Virus record (IMG/VR): IMGVR_UViG_3300034954_001721
Strand: one strand, 5' to 3'
From: a virus
DNA: 64,000 bases
Part shown: piece after piece, positions 16,236 to 25,907 of the stretch
How positions within the stretch are numbered: position 1 is the first letter of the stretch
Layout of the letters: the number at the start of each line of letters is the position of its first letter
Translations under genes and position numbers: made by a program
The notes under the pieces: generated by a model
The model's input: the letters and a program-made list of their open reading frames with translations, nothing else
What the model was told of the DNA's origin: nothing
Database searches by the model: none

Positions 16236-18092
16236 ATGGCAACACCGTTCAGAATTAAACGGTCTGCTGTACCTGGAAAGGTACCTCAGGTAGCGGATCT
16301 ACAGTTAGGAGAATTAGCTCTTAACACTAATGATGCAGAACTGTATGCTCTCAGAGTGAGAGCAGGATTATCAACGGACGTTGTTCGCGTCGGTGCGGGT
16401 GCAACTGTTACAAATATTTTATATGTCACAAAAGACGGAAAAGACACAAACACAGGAAAAAAACTTGGAGACGCAAAAGCAACAATCAGAGCAGCAGTCG
16501 CAATCGCTTCAACAATCCCAGGATCAGTTGTTAAAGTTTCTTCTGGGACTTACGTAGAAAACAATCCTATCAAGGTTGGACCACAAATCAGTGTTATTGG
16601 AGATAGTCTTAGAGAAGTTACAGTCGTTCCACAAAACGCTGGTAGCGACTTATTCCATGTAGCACCAGGTAATTACTTTAGTGAGATGTCGTTCACTGGA
16701 ACGATGAATTCTGGAAAGTCGGTCTTTGCTTTTGATCCAAGTGTAATCAGATATTCTAACCAGTCACCATATATTAGAAACTGTACAAACTTCATTACTA
16801 ATAGTATTGGAATGAAGATTGATGGTAATCACGCCATCGGTCCATTCAAGAGTTTTGTTACTGATTCTTATACACAATACAATCAAAATGGTATTGGGTG
16901 TTCTATTACAAACGAAGGATATGCTCAAATCGTTTCAATGTTCACTATCAATAGTGATATTGGAGTATATGCTGGAAGTGGTGGACAGTGTGATATAACA
17001 AACTCCAACTCATCATTTGGTAACTTTGGATTAGTTGCTGATGGAGTTGGACCTAGAAAGTATACTGGAATAATAAACGCTGCTAAAGAAGAAAATTCTA
17101 GTGAATTTGAACTTAATTTAAACACTACATCTTATAATGTTTCTGGTGCTACTTACGAAAAAGAAACTGGAATAACTACAATAACAACTTCATCAAATCA
17201 TAATTTTGAAGTTGGAATGAGTGTTTCATTAGCAAATCTAGAATTTACTTGTTCATCAGAACATGCTGGTGTTACTACTACAATATTCCCTGATGGAACT
17301 AATGGATACACCTTTGAAGTTTCTTCTGTAAATTCTAGTAATGAGTTTACAGTTAATGTTGGTCCATCAACTATTGGACACACATATAGTTCTGGTGGAA
17401 CTGCTAACATCTATGCAGTAAGACCTTTTGATGGGCAAGTAGTTTATTTTGATGAACTTTATAAAAAGGTTTCTAAAATTGCAGTGACTGATGGTGGGTC
17501 TGGATACACTACTGCACCTGAAATCACTATTGATTCTCCAACAACAAGTTGGGGTATTCCTGCGACTGCAACTGCCGAAATAAAAAATGGTTCTGTTGAA
17601 TCTATCATTCTTATTTCTGAGGGTAGAGGATATGAATCTATACCATCAATTTCTGTAAGTGGGTCTGCTACTGCCTCAATTGAAATGATTGATGATTATT
17701 ATGTAATATCAAAATCAACACCAATATCTAATGGTATATCTACTATTACAGTGACATCAAATGTTCCATATGCTGTTGGAGTTGGAACTACAGTTCCTTT
17801 CTACAAGCAAAGTAGAGTTCTTGCATCTAGTCATGCGTTTGAATATGTTGGTTCTGGAACTGATCCTGTAACATCACTTCCTTCGCGTGGTGGTGTTGCT
17901 ATACAAGACAATGAAGTAGATAATCGTGCTGGTGGATTGGTTGTTTATACTTCTACTGATCAAACTGGAAATTTCAGAATTGGTGAGGGCGTACAAATTA
18001 ATCAGCAAGAGGGAACTATTTCAGGAACCTTCTATAGTAAGAGTTTGTTTTCTACAATGACACCATTTATCTTAGCATTAGGAGGAGATTAA
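16236..18092 (+). CDS. Virion structural/fibre protein
   Basis: N-terminal IKRSAVPGKVP..LQLGELALNT anchor motif; beta-helix-like region; GGSGY repeats; TAAATA upstream. Confidence 0.7.
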   Translation: MATPFRIKRSAVPGKVPQVADLQLGELALNTNDAELYALRVRAGLSTDVVRVGAGATVTNILYVTKDGKDTNTGKKLGDAKATIRAAVAIASTIPGSVVKVSSGTYVENNPIKVGPQISVIGDSLREVTVVPQNAGSDLFHVAPGNYFSEMSFTGTMNSGKSVFAFDPSVIRYSNQSPYIRNCTNFITNSIGMKIDGNHAIGPFKSFVTDSYTQYNQNGIGCSITNEGYAQIVSMFTINSDIGVYAGSGGQCDITNSNSSFGNFGLVADGVGPRKYTGIINAAKEENSSEFELNLNTTSYNVSGATYEKETGITTITTSSNHNFEVGMSVSLANLEFTCSSEHAGVTTTIFPDGTNGYTFEVSSVNSSNEFTVNVGPSTIGHTYSSGGTANIYAVRPFDGQVVYFDELYKKVSKIAVTDGGSGYTTAPEITIDSPTTSWGIPATATAEIKNGSVESIILISEGRGYESIPSISVSGSATASIEMIDDYYVISKSTPISNGISTITVTSNVPYAVGVGTTVPFYKQSRVLASSHAFEYVGSGTDPVTSLPSRGGVAIQDNEVDNRAGGLVVYTSTDQTGNFRIGEGVQINQQEGTISGTFYSKSLFSTMTPFILALGGD

Positions 18093-18095
18093 AAA

Positions 18096-18437
18096 ATGGC
18101 TTTAGCACTTAATGTATTCAAGACAGTAACAAAAGTAGTTCCTACAAATCCTGTGGGAATTTATACAGCACCAGTTGGATATACTGGAGTTGTATTGTTA
18201 GCACAATGTGCAAATGTTGGATCAACCACACAGAGAGTTTCTTTTTCCCATGAAAGAACCGTTGCTGGTGTAGCAGTAACAACAGAAATTTTAAAAGATT
18301 TTGCTATTGAATCAAGTGATACTGCAAACTTACTTGTAGGAAAGTTGGTTCTTGAGTCAAATGATGTTTTAGTGATTTCGGGAACAACTGGGACCGATAT
18401 TAAATTTTTAGGTAGTATTTTAGAAACCCTTAAATAA
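18096..18437 (+). CDS. Small virion/fibre-associated protein
   Basis: GGAGGAG SD; beta-rich 113 aa; follows a fibre gene. Confidence 0.6.
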   Translation: MALALNVFKTVTKVVPTNPVGIYTAPVGYTGVVLLAQCANVGSTTQRVSFSHERTVAGVAVTTEILKDFAIESSDTANLLVGKLVLESNDVLVISGTTGTDIKFLGSILETLK

Positions 18438-18450
18438 TTTTTAAAGAACA

Positions 18451-21400
18451 ATGGCAAAGTACGCTTCTGGCAATCAAGAAAGATTAAGAGTAGGATTTAC
18501 TAATAACAACGAAAATGATACTTCTCTTAGAGTTGTTGGTAACGTTGGTATTGGAACAACAGTTTTTGATGCCAGTAAGTCGTTAGATGTTAGGGGAAAT
18601 GTAGATGTAGATGGTGACGTTAATATAACGGGTGTAATTACTGCTACTAGAATTTATAGTACTCTTTTTGGAGAATTCACTGGGTCTTCTGTATCGGCAG
18701 ATAATCTAGTTGGAACTGCATTATCTATTTCTGGTATTTCTACATTTACTGGTGCAATTGATGCAAATGGTGATTTAGATGTTGATGGACACACTGAACT
18801 TGATAACTTAAATGTATCTGGTGTTTCTACTTTTAGTGAAGATATAATTTTCACAGGTGCAAACTCTAATGCAAGATGGGATTACTCTGCAAGTGATTTA
18901 ACTTTATTTGATAATACTAGATTAATATTTGGAAGTAATGATGATTTCCAAATATGGCATGGAGGTTCTCATACCTTCATGAAAAATAGTGGTGGTGATT
19001 TAAGAATTCGTGGTGATAAAATCCTACTTAAAAGGGAAGATGACAGTGAGAAATATCTTGAAGCCACTGTTAATAACGACGTAAAATTATTTTTTAATGA
19101 TACTGAAAAGTTTGCTACAACTACTGATGGAGTAGCAGTTTCTGGTGTTGTAACTGCAATTTCTGGTGTTGTAACTTACTTTGGTGATGGATCTCAGTTA
19201 TCTAATTTACCTAGTAGTGGTTTAAATCAAATTCAAGAGGAGGGGTCTGTTGTAGGAACTTCCATTACCTCTTTGAATTTTGTAGGTAATAATATAACTG
19301 CAACTGGAGTTGGTGCTGCTGCTACAGTAACCTTAAGTGAAACTCCAACATTTAATAGTCTCAAAGTAACAGGTTTATCAACCTTTGTTGGAGTAGCTAC
19401 ATTTACCACAAATGATGTTTATATTGCTAATCGTCTGTTTGTTGGTGGTTTAGAAGTAGAAGGTGGTGGTGGAGCAAACGTATTTTCTGGGATATCTACA
19501 TTTACTAATTTAACTGATAACGTTCTTGGTGATCCAAACACTGGTGCTGTTCAAATTAATGGTGGACTTGGAATTGATAAGAATACAACTGTTGGTTCTG
19601 GATTATCAGTTGTAGGTCATACTGCAACTGATACTCTGAATGTTTCTGGTGTTTCTACTTTCGTTGGTATTACTACCAATCAATCAACATTATTTGCAAA
19701 GCAGTTAAATGTCTCTGGTGTTTCTACATTCCATGATGATATTAACTTAAAAATTAATGAAAGTATTAATTTTGGTTCTACTGGTCGTGCTGTAAGAAGT
19801 TCTGGTGATGAATTAATTCTTAGAACTACTGGTGTTAATGACATAAAAATATCCGCCAATGATGATGGTGCAACTCATGGAAATGTTGAAATAAGAACTG
19901 GTGCAGCTGGCGGTAAAGTTTATCTTACTGGTACTGGTGGTGTAGGAATTTATCATACTGATACTGCATTAAAATTAGAAACCACTGGTATTGGTGTATC
20001 AGTTGTTAATGGAACATCAGATACTGCAACAATTGCTGGTCCCTCTAATCTTATTATTGATCCTGGAACAGTTGGTGATAACACTGGTATAGTAAGAATC
20101 AAAGGTGATTTATTTGTTGATGGTACTCAGACTCAAATTAATTCAACAACAATTGAACTTGCAGACTTTGTAGTTGGAATTGCTACAACTGCAACTAGTG
20201 ACCTACTTGCTGATGGTGCTGGTATTGAAATTGGTCCAGATAATACCTTCAAGTATCACCATAATGGTGGAACCAATCCATCACTGAAATCTAGTGAGAA
20301 CTTAAATGTTGCATCTGGAAAAGGATATCAGATTAATCAAACAGAAGTTCTTAATGCGACCACATTGGGATCGAATGTAGTTAATTCTTCATTAACTTCT
20401 GTTGGAACTCTTACCGCACTTACAGTTTCTGGTAATGTAACCGCAAATGGAAATATTGTAGGTGATAATGCGACTAATATTTCTGGTATTAATTCAGTAA
20501 CCGCTACATCATTCCACGGTAATGGTGCTGGATTAACTGATATCACTGCGTCTCAAGTAGGTGCTCTTGCTGATCTTGTAAATGATGCTACACCACAACT
20601 TGGTGGTGATTTAGATCTTAATGGTAATGATATTACTGGAACGGGTAATTTTAACGTTACCGGTGTTATTACTGCAACATCATTTGTTGGTAATGGTGTT
20701 GGATTGACTGGTATTACTGCATCTCAAGTAGGTGCTCTTGCTAATGTTGTTGAAGACACAACACCACAACTTGGTGGTGATTTGGATGGTAATGCAAAAA
20801 ATATCTATAATGTTGGAATTACATCTTCTTCTGCTTTTGCAGATTTTGATTATTTACAGGCACCATTTGGTAGCACAGTTACATTTACTGTTACTGTTGC
20901 AAGTAAGGATTCTTCTCACAGATATAATGGAACAGGTAGTGGTAGTGGATATTTGATCAATGGAGTTCAGGCACCATTCTTAACATTAACACCTGGAAGA
21001 ACTTATAGATTTACAAACGACAATACTGGAAGTCATCCCCTTAAGTTCTATCTTGAAGCAGATAAGACTACAGAATATACTTCAGGTGTAAGTTTCCAGA
21101 ATACTTATACAGAAATAACAGTAAGTGATCAAACTCCAGTGGTTCTTCATTATCAATGTACTGCTCATGGATACATGGGTAATGCTGTTCAGGTGAATTC
21201 GAACGTTGTTAATACAAATTATCCAGCAACTCTTCGTGATTCACTTACGGTTTCTGGTGATATCAATGCTAATGGAAATATTGTAGGTGACAACTCAACT
21301 AATATTTCTGGTATCAATCAAGTAACTGCTACATCATTCTCGGGTAATGGTGCTTCGCTCACTAATGTTGATGCAACCACGCTAGATGGTATTGACTCTA

Positions 21401-23805
21401 CCTCCTTCCTCCGTAGTGATGCTGCTGATGAAAAAACTTCTGGTAACTTAACATTTAATGATAGTATTGAGGCTCGGTTTGGAACTGGTGGTGATCTACA
21501 ACTCTGGCATAATGGAAGTCAATCATACATTAGCAACATTACAGGAAATTTAAATATTAGAACCACCTCATCTGCTGGTGATATCAACTTAAATTCTAAT
21601 GATAATGTTAGTATTAAAGTACAGGGAGGAAATGAAACTGCTGCGACCTTTACTCAAAATGGTTCAGTTGACCTTTATTATGATAACTCCAAGAAATTTG
21701 AAACCACTGCTTCTGGTATTGATGTAACAGGACATACTGAAACTGATACTCTTAATGTTTCTGGTGTTTCTACATTTGCTGGTAATGTTAGATTTAATAG
21801 CACAATCGCAGTTCATGATGGTACAACAGGAACAAGTGGACAATATTTAAAGTCAATCGGAACTGGAGTTACTTGGGCAACATTCCCAACACTTAGAACG
21901 ACTCAAACGAATACTGCTACTGCTGGACAGACTACATTTAATTTCTCTTATAATGTAAACTTCCTTGATGTATTTGTTAACGGTGTAAAACTTACTTCAG
22001 CAGAATATACTGCATCAAATGGAAGTCAGATTATACTGAGTACACCTGCATTTGTAGGTGAAATTGTTGAATTCCATTCTTATAATACTACCAGCACAGG
22101 TGGAGGTGGTGGTTCTTACGGAAATAATGATGTAGATGCACACCTCAATGTTAGTGGTGCTTCCTCGGGGCAAATTCTGAGTTGGAATGGTTCTGATTAT
22201 GCTTGGGTAGCAGATCAGACTGGTGGTACTGGTGTTACCACAGATGCCCAGCAAAATACTTATGCTGGTGAATTGGCTGGTGGTAGTTTCTCTGGTACTG
22301 ATGCTCAATACAATACATTATTTGGATATGATGCTGGTGGAGACATCACTACTGGAGACTATAATACTTTTGTTGGATGGACTGCTGGAGATAAAGTTAC
22401 TACAGGATATAAGAATGTTGCTGTGGGTGCAGAGGCATTAGATTTTTGTACTGAAGGATACAGTAATGTTGCTGTGGGTTGGGAAGCTGCTAGGTCAATA
22501 ACCAGTGGTTATAATAATGTCGCCATCGGTGACATGGCAGGAAGAACATTTAGTAGTACAGTTGAATGTATTGCGATTGGAGCTCATGCTGCATCTAATT
22601 TCGGTTCTGGTACAAGAGTTATTGGAATTGGTGGTGAGTCTGTTTTCTTAGGTGGAACAGATGTGATAGGGATAGGTAAATTCACAATGGCGAGAGGTGG
22701 TAGTCAGACTGGTGGTATTGGTATTGGATATTATGCTGGAAGAAATAATGCTGGTGATTATAATGTTTATATTGGTTATGAAGCTGGTCTTGGTAACGAT
22801 AGTAGTCCTTTTTCTACGGGAGAATATAATCTTTCTTTAGGATATAGATCTTTATATGTAATTGATACTGGACATGATAATATTGCTATTGGACATAGTA
22901 GTGGAAATACGATTACCACTGGATCTAACAATATAATACTTGGAAATAATGCTCAAGTTTCTTCAGCAACTGCAACTAATGAAGTAGTTATTGGTGATTC
23001 GAATATCACCAAGTTTAGTATTCCAGGTATTGGAGTTACTCTTAAAGATAATGGTGGAACCCCAACTCAAGGACATGTGCTGACTGTTGATGCTAATGGT
23101 GAAGCAAGTTTTGCTGCTGCTTCTGGTGGAGGTAGTGGAACTATAACTGGAGTTACTGCTGGAACTGGTTTATCTGGTGGTGGAACAAGTGGTACTGTAA
23201 CTGTTAATTTAGCAAATACTTCTGTAACTGCTGGTAGTTATTCTAATGCAAATATTACTGTTGATGCTCAGGGACGTATTACTGCTGCATCAGCAGGTTC
23301 TGGAGGTGGAGGATCATATGGAGATGCTGATGTAGATACTCATCTTAATAGATCTACAGCATCTTCTGGTGAACTATTAAGTTGGAATGGTTCTGATTAT
23401 GATTGGGTATCTGGTGTTACAACTTCTAGATTTGTTGCTTCTAATAATACTGGAAGTATTGGTGCTGGAACAACCACGGATATTACAATTACTGGAGCAA
23501 AAGCATACTCATTATTTAAGGTTGTGACTTCACATGCTGCTTGGGTAAGACTGTATACTGATACAACTTCTAGAACTAATGATGCCTCCAGAGCATATAC
23601 AACTGACCCAACCCCTGGTTCTGGTGTTCTTGCTGAAGTTTATAGCACCACTTCTGGTTCTAATACTTTCAAAATGACTCCAGCAGTTATGGGATGGAAT
23701 GATGATGGTACACCAAGCACAAACATCTATGCTAAAGTGACTAATAATGAATCAACATCACAAGATATTACTATATCACTCACAATCCTTCGCACGGAAG
23801 ATTAA
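18451..23805 (+). CDS. Long tail-fibre-like protein (1784 aa)
   Basis: Gly/Thr/Ser-rich; repeated NVSGVSTF, TPQLGGDLD and ATSFxGNG motifs; NxxxG repeats. Confidence 0.8.
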   Translation: MAKYASGNQERLRVGFTNNNENDTSLRVVGNVGIGTTVFDASKSLDVRGNVDVDGDVNITGVITATRIYSTLFGEFTGSSVSADNLVGTALSISGISTFTGAIDANGDLDVDGHTELDNLNVSGVSTFSEDIIFTGANSNARWDYSASDLTLFDNTRLIFGSNDDFQIWHGGSHTFMKNSGGDLRIRGDKILLKREDDSEKYLEATVNNDVKLFFNDTEKFATTTDGVAVSGVVTAISGVVTYFGDGSQLSNLPSSGLNQIQEEGSVVGTSITSLNFVGNNITATGVGAAATVTLSETPTFNSLKVTGLSTFVGVATFTTNDVYIANRLFVGGLEVEGGGGANVFSGISTFTNLTDNVLGDPNTGAVQINGGLGIDKNTTVGSGLSVVGHTATDTLNVSGVSTFVGITTNQSTLFAKQLNVSGVSTFHDDINLKINESINFGSTGRAVRSSGDELILRTTGVNDIKISANDDGATHGNVEIRTGAAGGKVYLTGTGGVGIYHTDTALKLETTGIGVSVVNGTSDTATIAGPSNLIIDPGTVGDNTGIVRIKGDLFVDGTQTQINSTTIELADFVVGIATTATSDLLADGAGIEIGPDNTFKYHHNGGTNPSLKSSENLNVASGKGYQINQTEVLNATTLGSNVVNSSLTSVGTLTALTVSGNVTANGNIVGDNATNISGINSVTATSFHGNGAGLTDITASQVGALADLVNDATPQLGGDLDLNGNDITGTGNFNVTGVITATSFVGNGVGLTGITASQVGALANVVEDTTPQLGGDLDGNAKNIYNVGITSSSAFADFDYLQAPFGSTVTFTVTVASKDSSHRYNGTGSGSGYLINGVQAPFLTLTPGRTYRFTNDNTGSHPLKFYLEADKTTEYTSGVSFQNTYTEITVSDQTPVVLHYQCTAHGYMGNAVQVNSNVVNTNYPATLRDSLTVSGDINANGNIVGDNSTNISGINQVTATSFSGNGASLTNVDATTLDGIDSTSFLRSDAADEKTSGNLTFNDSIEARFGTGGDLQLWHNGSQSYISNITGNLNIRTTSSAGDINLNSNDNVSIKVQGGNETAATFTQNGSVDLYYDNSKKFETTASGIDVTGHTETDTLNVSGVSTFAGNVRFNSTIAVHDGTTGTSGQYLKSIGTGVTWATFPTLRTTQTNTATAGQTTFNFSYNVNFLDVFVNGVKLTSAEYTASNGSQIILSTPAFVGEIVEFHSYNTTSTGGGGGSYGNNDVDAHLNVSGASSGQILSWNGSDYAWVADQTGGTGVTTDAQQNTYAGELAGGSFSGTDAQYNTLFGYDAGGDITTGDYNTFVGWTAGDKVTTGYKNVAVGAEALDFCTEGYSNVAVGWEAARSITSGYNNVAIGDMAGRTFSSTVECIAIGAHAASNFGSGTRVIGIGGESVFLGGTDVIGIGKFTMARGGSQTGGIGIGYYAGRNNAGDYNVYIGYEAGLGNDSSPFSTGEYNLSLGYRSLYVIDTGHDNIAIGHSSGNTITTGSNNIILGNNAQVSSATATNEVVIGDSNITKFSIPGIGVTLKDNGGTPTQGHVLTVDANGEASFAAASGGGSGTITGVTAGTGLSGGGTSGTVTVNLANTSVTAGSYSNANITVDAQGRITAASAGSGGGGSYGDADVDTHLNRSTASSGELLSWNGSDYDWVSGVTTSRFVASNNTGSIGAGTTTDITITGAKAYSLFKVVTSHAAWVRLYTDTTSRTNDASRAYTTDPTPGSGVLAEVYSTTSGSNTFKMTPAVMGWNDDGTPSTNIYAKVTNNESTSQDITISLTILRTED

Positions 23806-25844
23806 TGAAAGAATATATCCTAACTTGTAGATCATACGAAGACTTAGAAGATCTTTATAATGATATGGAGACTCCTGGTGGGTCTTTATATATTCCTGAT
23901 AGAGCAGTTGAGTTAGTTCATAGGAGAACCATTAGTCGTAATACACATTATATGCTAACTGAAGAGGAAGCAGTGGAGATAAGAAATGATCCTAGAGTGC
24001 TTGGATGTGAAATTACATTTAAAGATTCTGAAATAATTAAAGTAGGATATGATTGGACACAAACTGCTGATTTCAATAAAACTACTGGAACTTTTTCTGG
24101 TGATGATAAAAACTGGGGATTGTATAGAACAGTAAAAGGTGAAACATTATATGATTCTGCAGCAACATATGATATTACTGTAACAGCATCAGGATCTTCA
24201 AACTATACTTTATCTGGTAATGATAGAAATGGTAGTGTTTCTGGAAGTGATCCTACAGTCACATTTAATGTAGGTGATACGATGAAATTTGCAGTTAATG
24301 CATCTGGTCATCCATTTTATATAAGAGTAAGTAATGGTGGTTCTAATGTGAGTACTCCTGCTGCTACAGGTCAAGGGTCTACCAATGGAACTGTTACTTG
24401 GACACCTAATACTGCAGGAACATATTATTATCAATGTGGTTTTCACTCTAGTATGATTGGAACAATTACTGTTAATGAAGTTTCCAGTAGTTGGGGTAGT
24501 AATGATACTTCCGAGATAACGAATAAAAATATTGTTACTACAGCATCAGGAAAGAATGTTGATGTTGTGATTGTTGATGGACATGTCAATCCAGATCATC
24601 CAGAATTTGCTGTTAATCCTGATGGGACAGGTGGTAGTAGAGTTAATCAATTTAACTGGTTTCAATATAATTCTGTATTAGGATATGGATCTAACGGAAC
24701 TTATACTTACAGTACCTCTGGTGCTTCGCCAAACACGAATCATGGAACTCATGTTGCAGGGACAGTAGCTGGTAATACACAAGGATGGGCAAGAGATGCT
24801 AACATCTATAATATGGCTTTCAGCGATAGTTTATCCGGTGTAACCAGTTGGTCTGAAAAGTTGTGGGATTATCTTCGTCATTTTCATAAGAATAAACCAA
24901 TCAATTCTGAAACTGGTAGAAGAAATCCAACTGTAACCAATCATAGTTGGGGTGCTGCATACATTACATTATATCTCACCGATACTGGAACTCATGTTGA
25001 CTCTGTAAATTATAGAGGAACAACTACAACAATGACTGGTACCGAATCTGAAAGAAAGGCATTGTTGGAAGCAAGAGGTGTTCCTTGCCGACTAGGAAAT
25101 TTTGTTTATAAACTTCCATCTGCAAGTACAGCATTAAGTGCTGATATAGAAGATGCTATAAATGATGGTGTGATTGTAATTTCTTCGGCAGGAAACAGTG
25201 CATTTAATGCTGATATTTCTACAGGTCTGGACTATAATAACACTTTAACTTTTACACATAGTGGTTTTTCTTATACAGTATATACAAATCGTGGTGGATC
25301 ACCAGGATTTTGTCCTGGTGTAATATGTGTTGGTTCTGTAGGTTCTAAAAAAGAGGAATATAAATCTGATTTTAGTAACTGGGGTGCTAGAGTAGATATA
25401 TGGGCATCTGGTAGTGATATTATTTCTGCTGTTTATGATAGTTCTAGTGCTACTACAGAAAGCAGTGGTGGATATACTCCTATTATTGCTGACTCTAGAA
25501 ATTCTTCATATCATCTTGCTTCGATTAGTGGAACAAGTATGTCCTCTCCACAGGTCTGTGGAGTTATTGCTTGTCTTGCCGAACAAGAACAAAATATTAC
25601 TCAAGCAGAAGCACTTCAATATTTGAAAGAAACATCCACATCTAATGTAGGTGATCAAGGAGGTAATCCTCATGCTTCTCCTTATGAAGGATTTGGATCT
25701 ACAAGTAATAATAGATATCTTTTTGATAAAAAAAAGAGACCTACTAGTGGGACATTATCTCCTGCAGTCTTACATAAGAATAGAAATCCAGATTCTTCTG
25801 GAGTAAAATATCCTAGAGTGAGGAATAATAGAGTATTTAAATGA
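23805..25844 (+). CDS. Subtilisin-like S8 peptidase with cupredoxin-like insert
   Basis: Catalytic triad VDVVIVDG / NHGTHVAG / SGTSMSSP; SAGN oxyanion motif; insert GHPFY...YYYQCGFHSSMIG. Confidence 0.85.
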   Translation: MKEYILTCRSYEDLEDLYNDMETPGGSLYIPDRAVELVHRRTISRNTHYMLTEEEAVEIRNDPRVLGCEITFKDSEIIKVGYDWTQTADFNKTTGTFSGDDKNWGLYRTVKGETLYDSAATYDITVTASGSSNYTLSGNDRNGSVSGSDPTVTFNVGDTMKFAVNASGHPFYIRVSNGGSNVSTPAATGQGSTNGTVTWTPNTAGTYYYQCGFHSSMIGTITVNEVSSSWGSNDTSEITNKNIVTTASGKNVDVVIVDGHVNPDHPEFAVNPDGTGGSRVNQFNWFQYNSVLGYGSNGTYTYSTSGASPNTNHGTHVAGTVAGNTQGWARDANIYNMAFSDSLSGVTSWSEKLWDYLRHFHKNKPINSETGRRNPTVTNHSWGAAYITLYLTDTGTHVDSVNYRGTTTTMTGTESERKALLEARGVPCRLGNFVYKLPSASTALSADIEDAINDGVIVISSAGNSAFNADISTGLDYNNTLTFTHSGFSYTVYTNRGGSPGFCPGVICVGSVGSKKEEYKSDFSNWGARVDIWASGSDIISAVYDSSSATTESSGGYTPIIADSRNSSYHLASISGTSMSSPQVCGVIACLAEQEQNITQAEALQYLKETSTSNVGDQGGNPHASPYEGFGSTSNNRYLFDKKKRPTSGTLSPAVLHKNRNPDSSGVKYPRVRNNRVFK

Positions 25845-25882
25845 ATATTTAAATGATAAAGAAAGATATCTTCTATCTAAAG

Positions 25883-25890
25883 TATAAATA
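25883..25890 (+). promoter_or_regulatory. T4-type late promoter
   Basis: TATAAATA 18 nt before the ATG; related (C/A)TAAATA motifs precede 15807, 18451, 31135, 37066, 40553, 41566, 47847 and 56732. Confidence 0.75.
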
Positions 25891-25907
25891 TCTAAAAAAG
25901 ACCTAGA

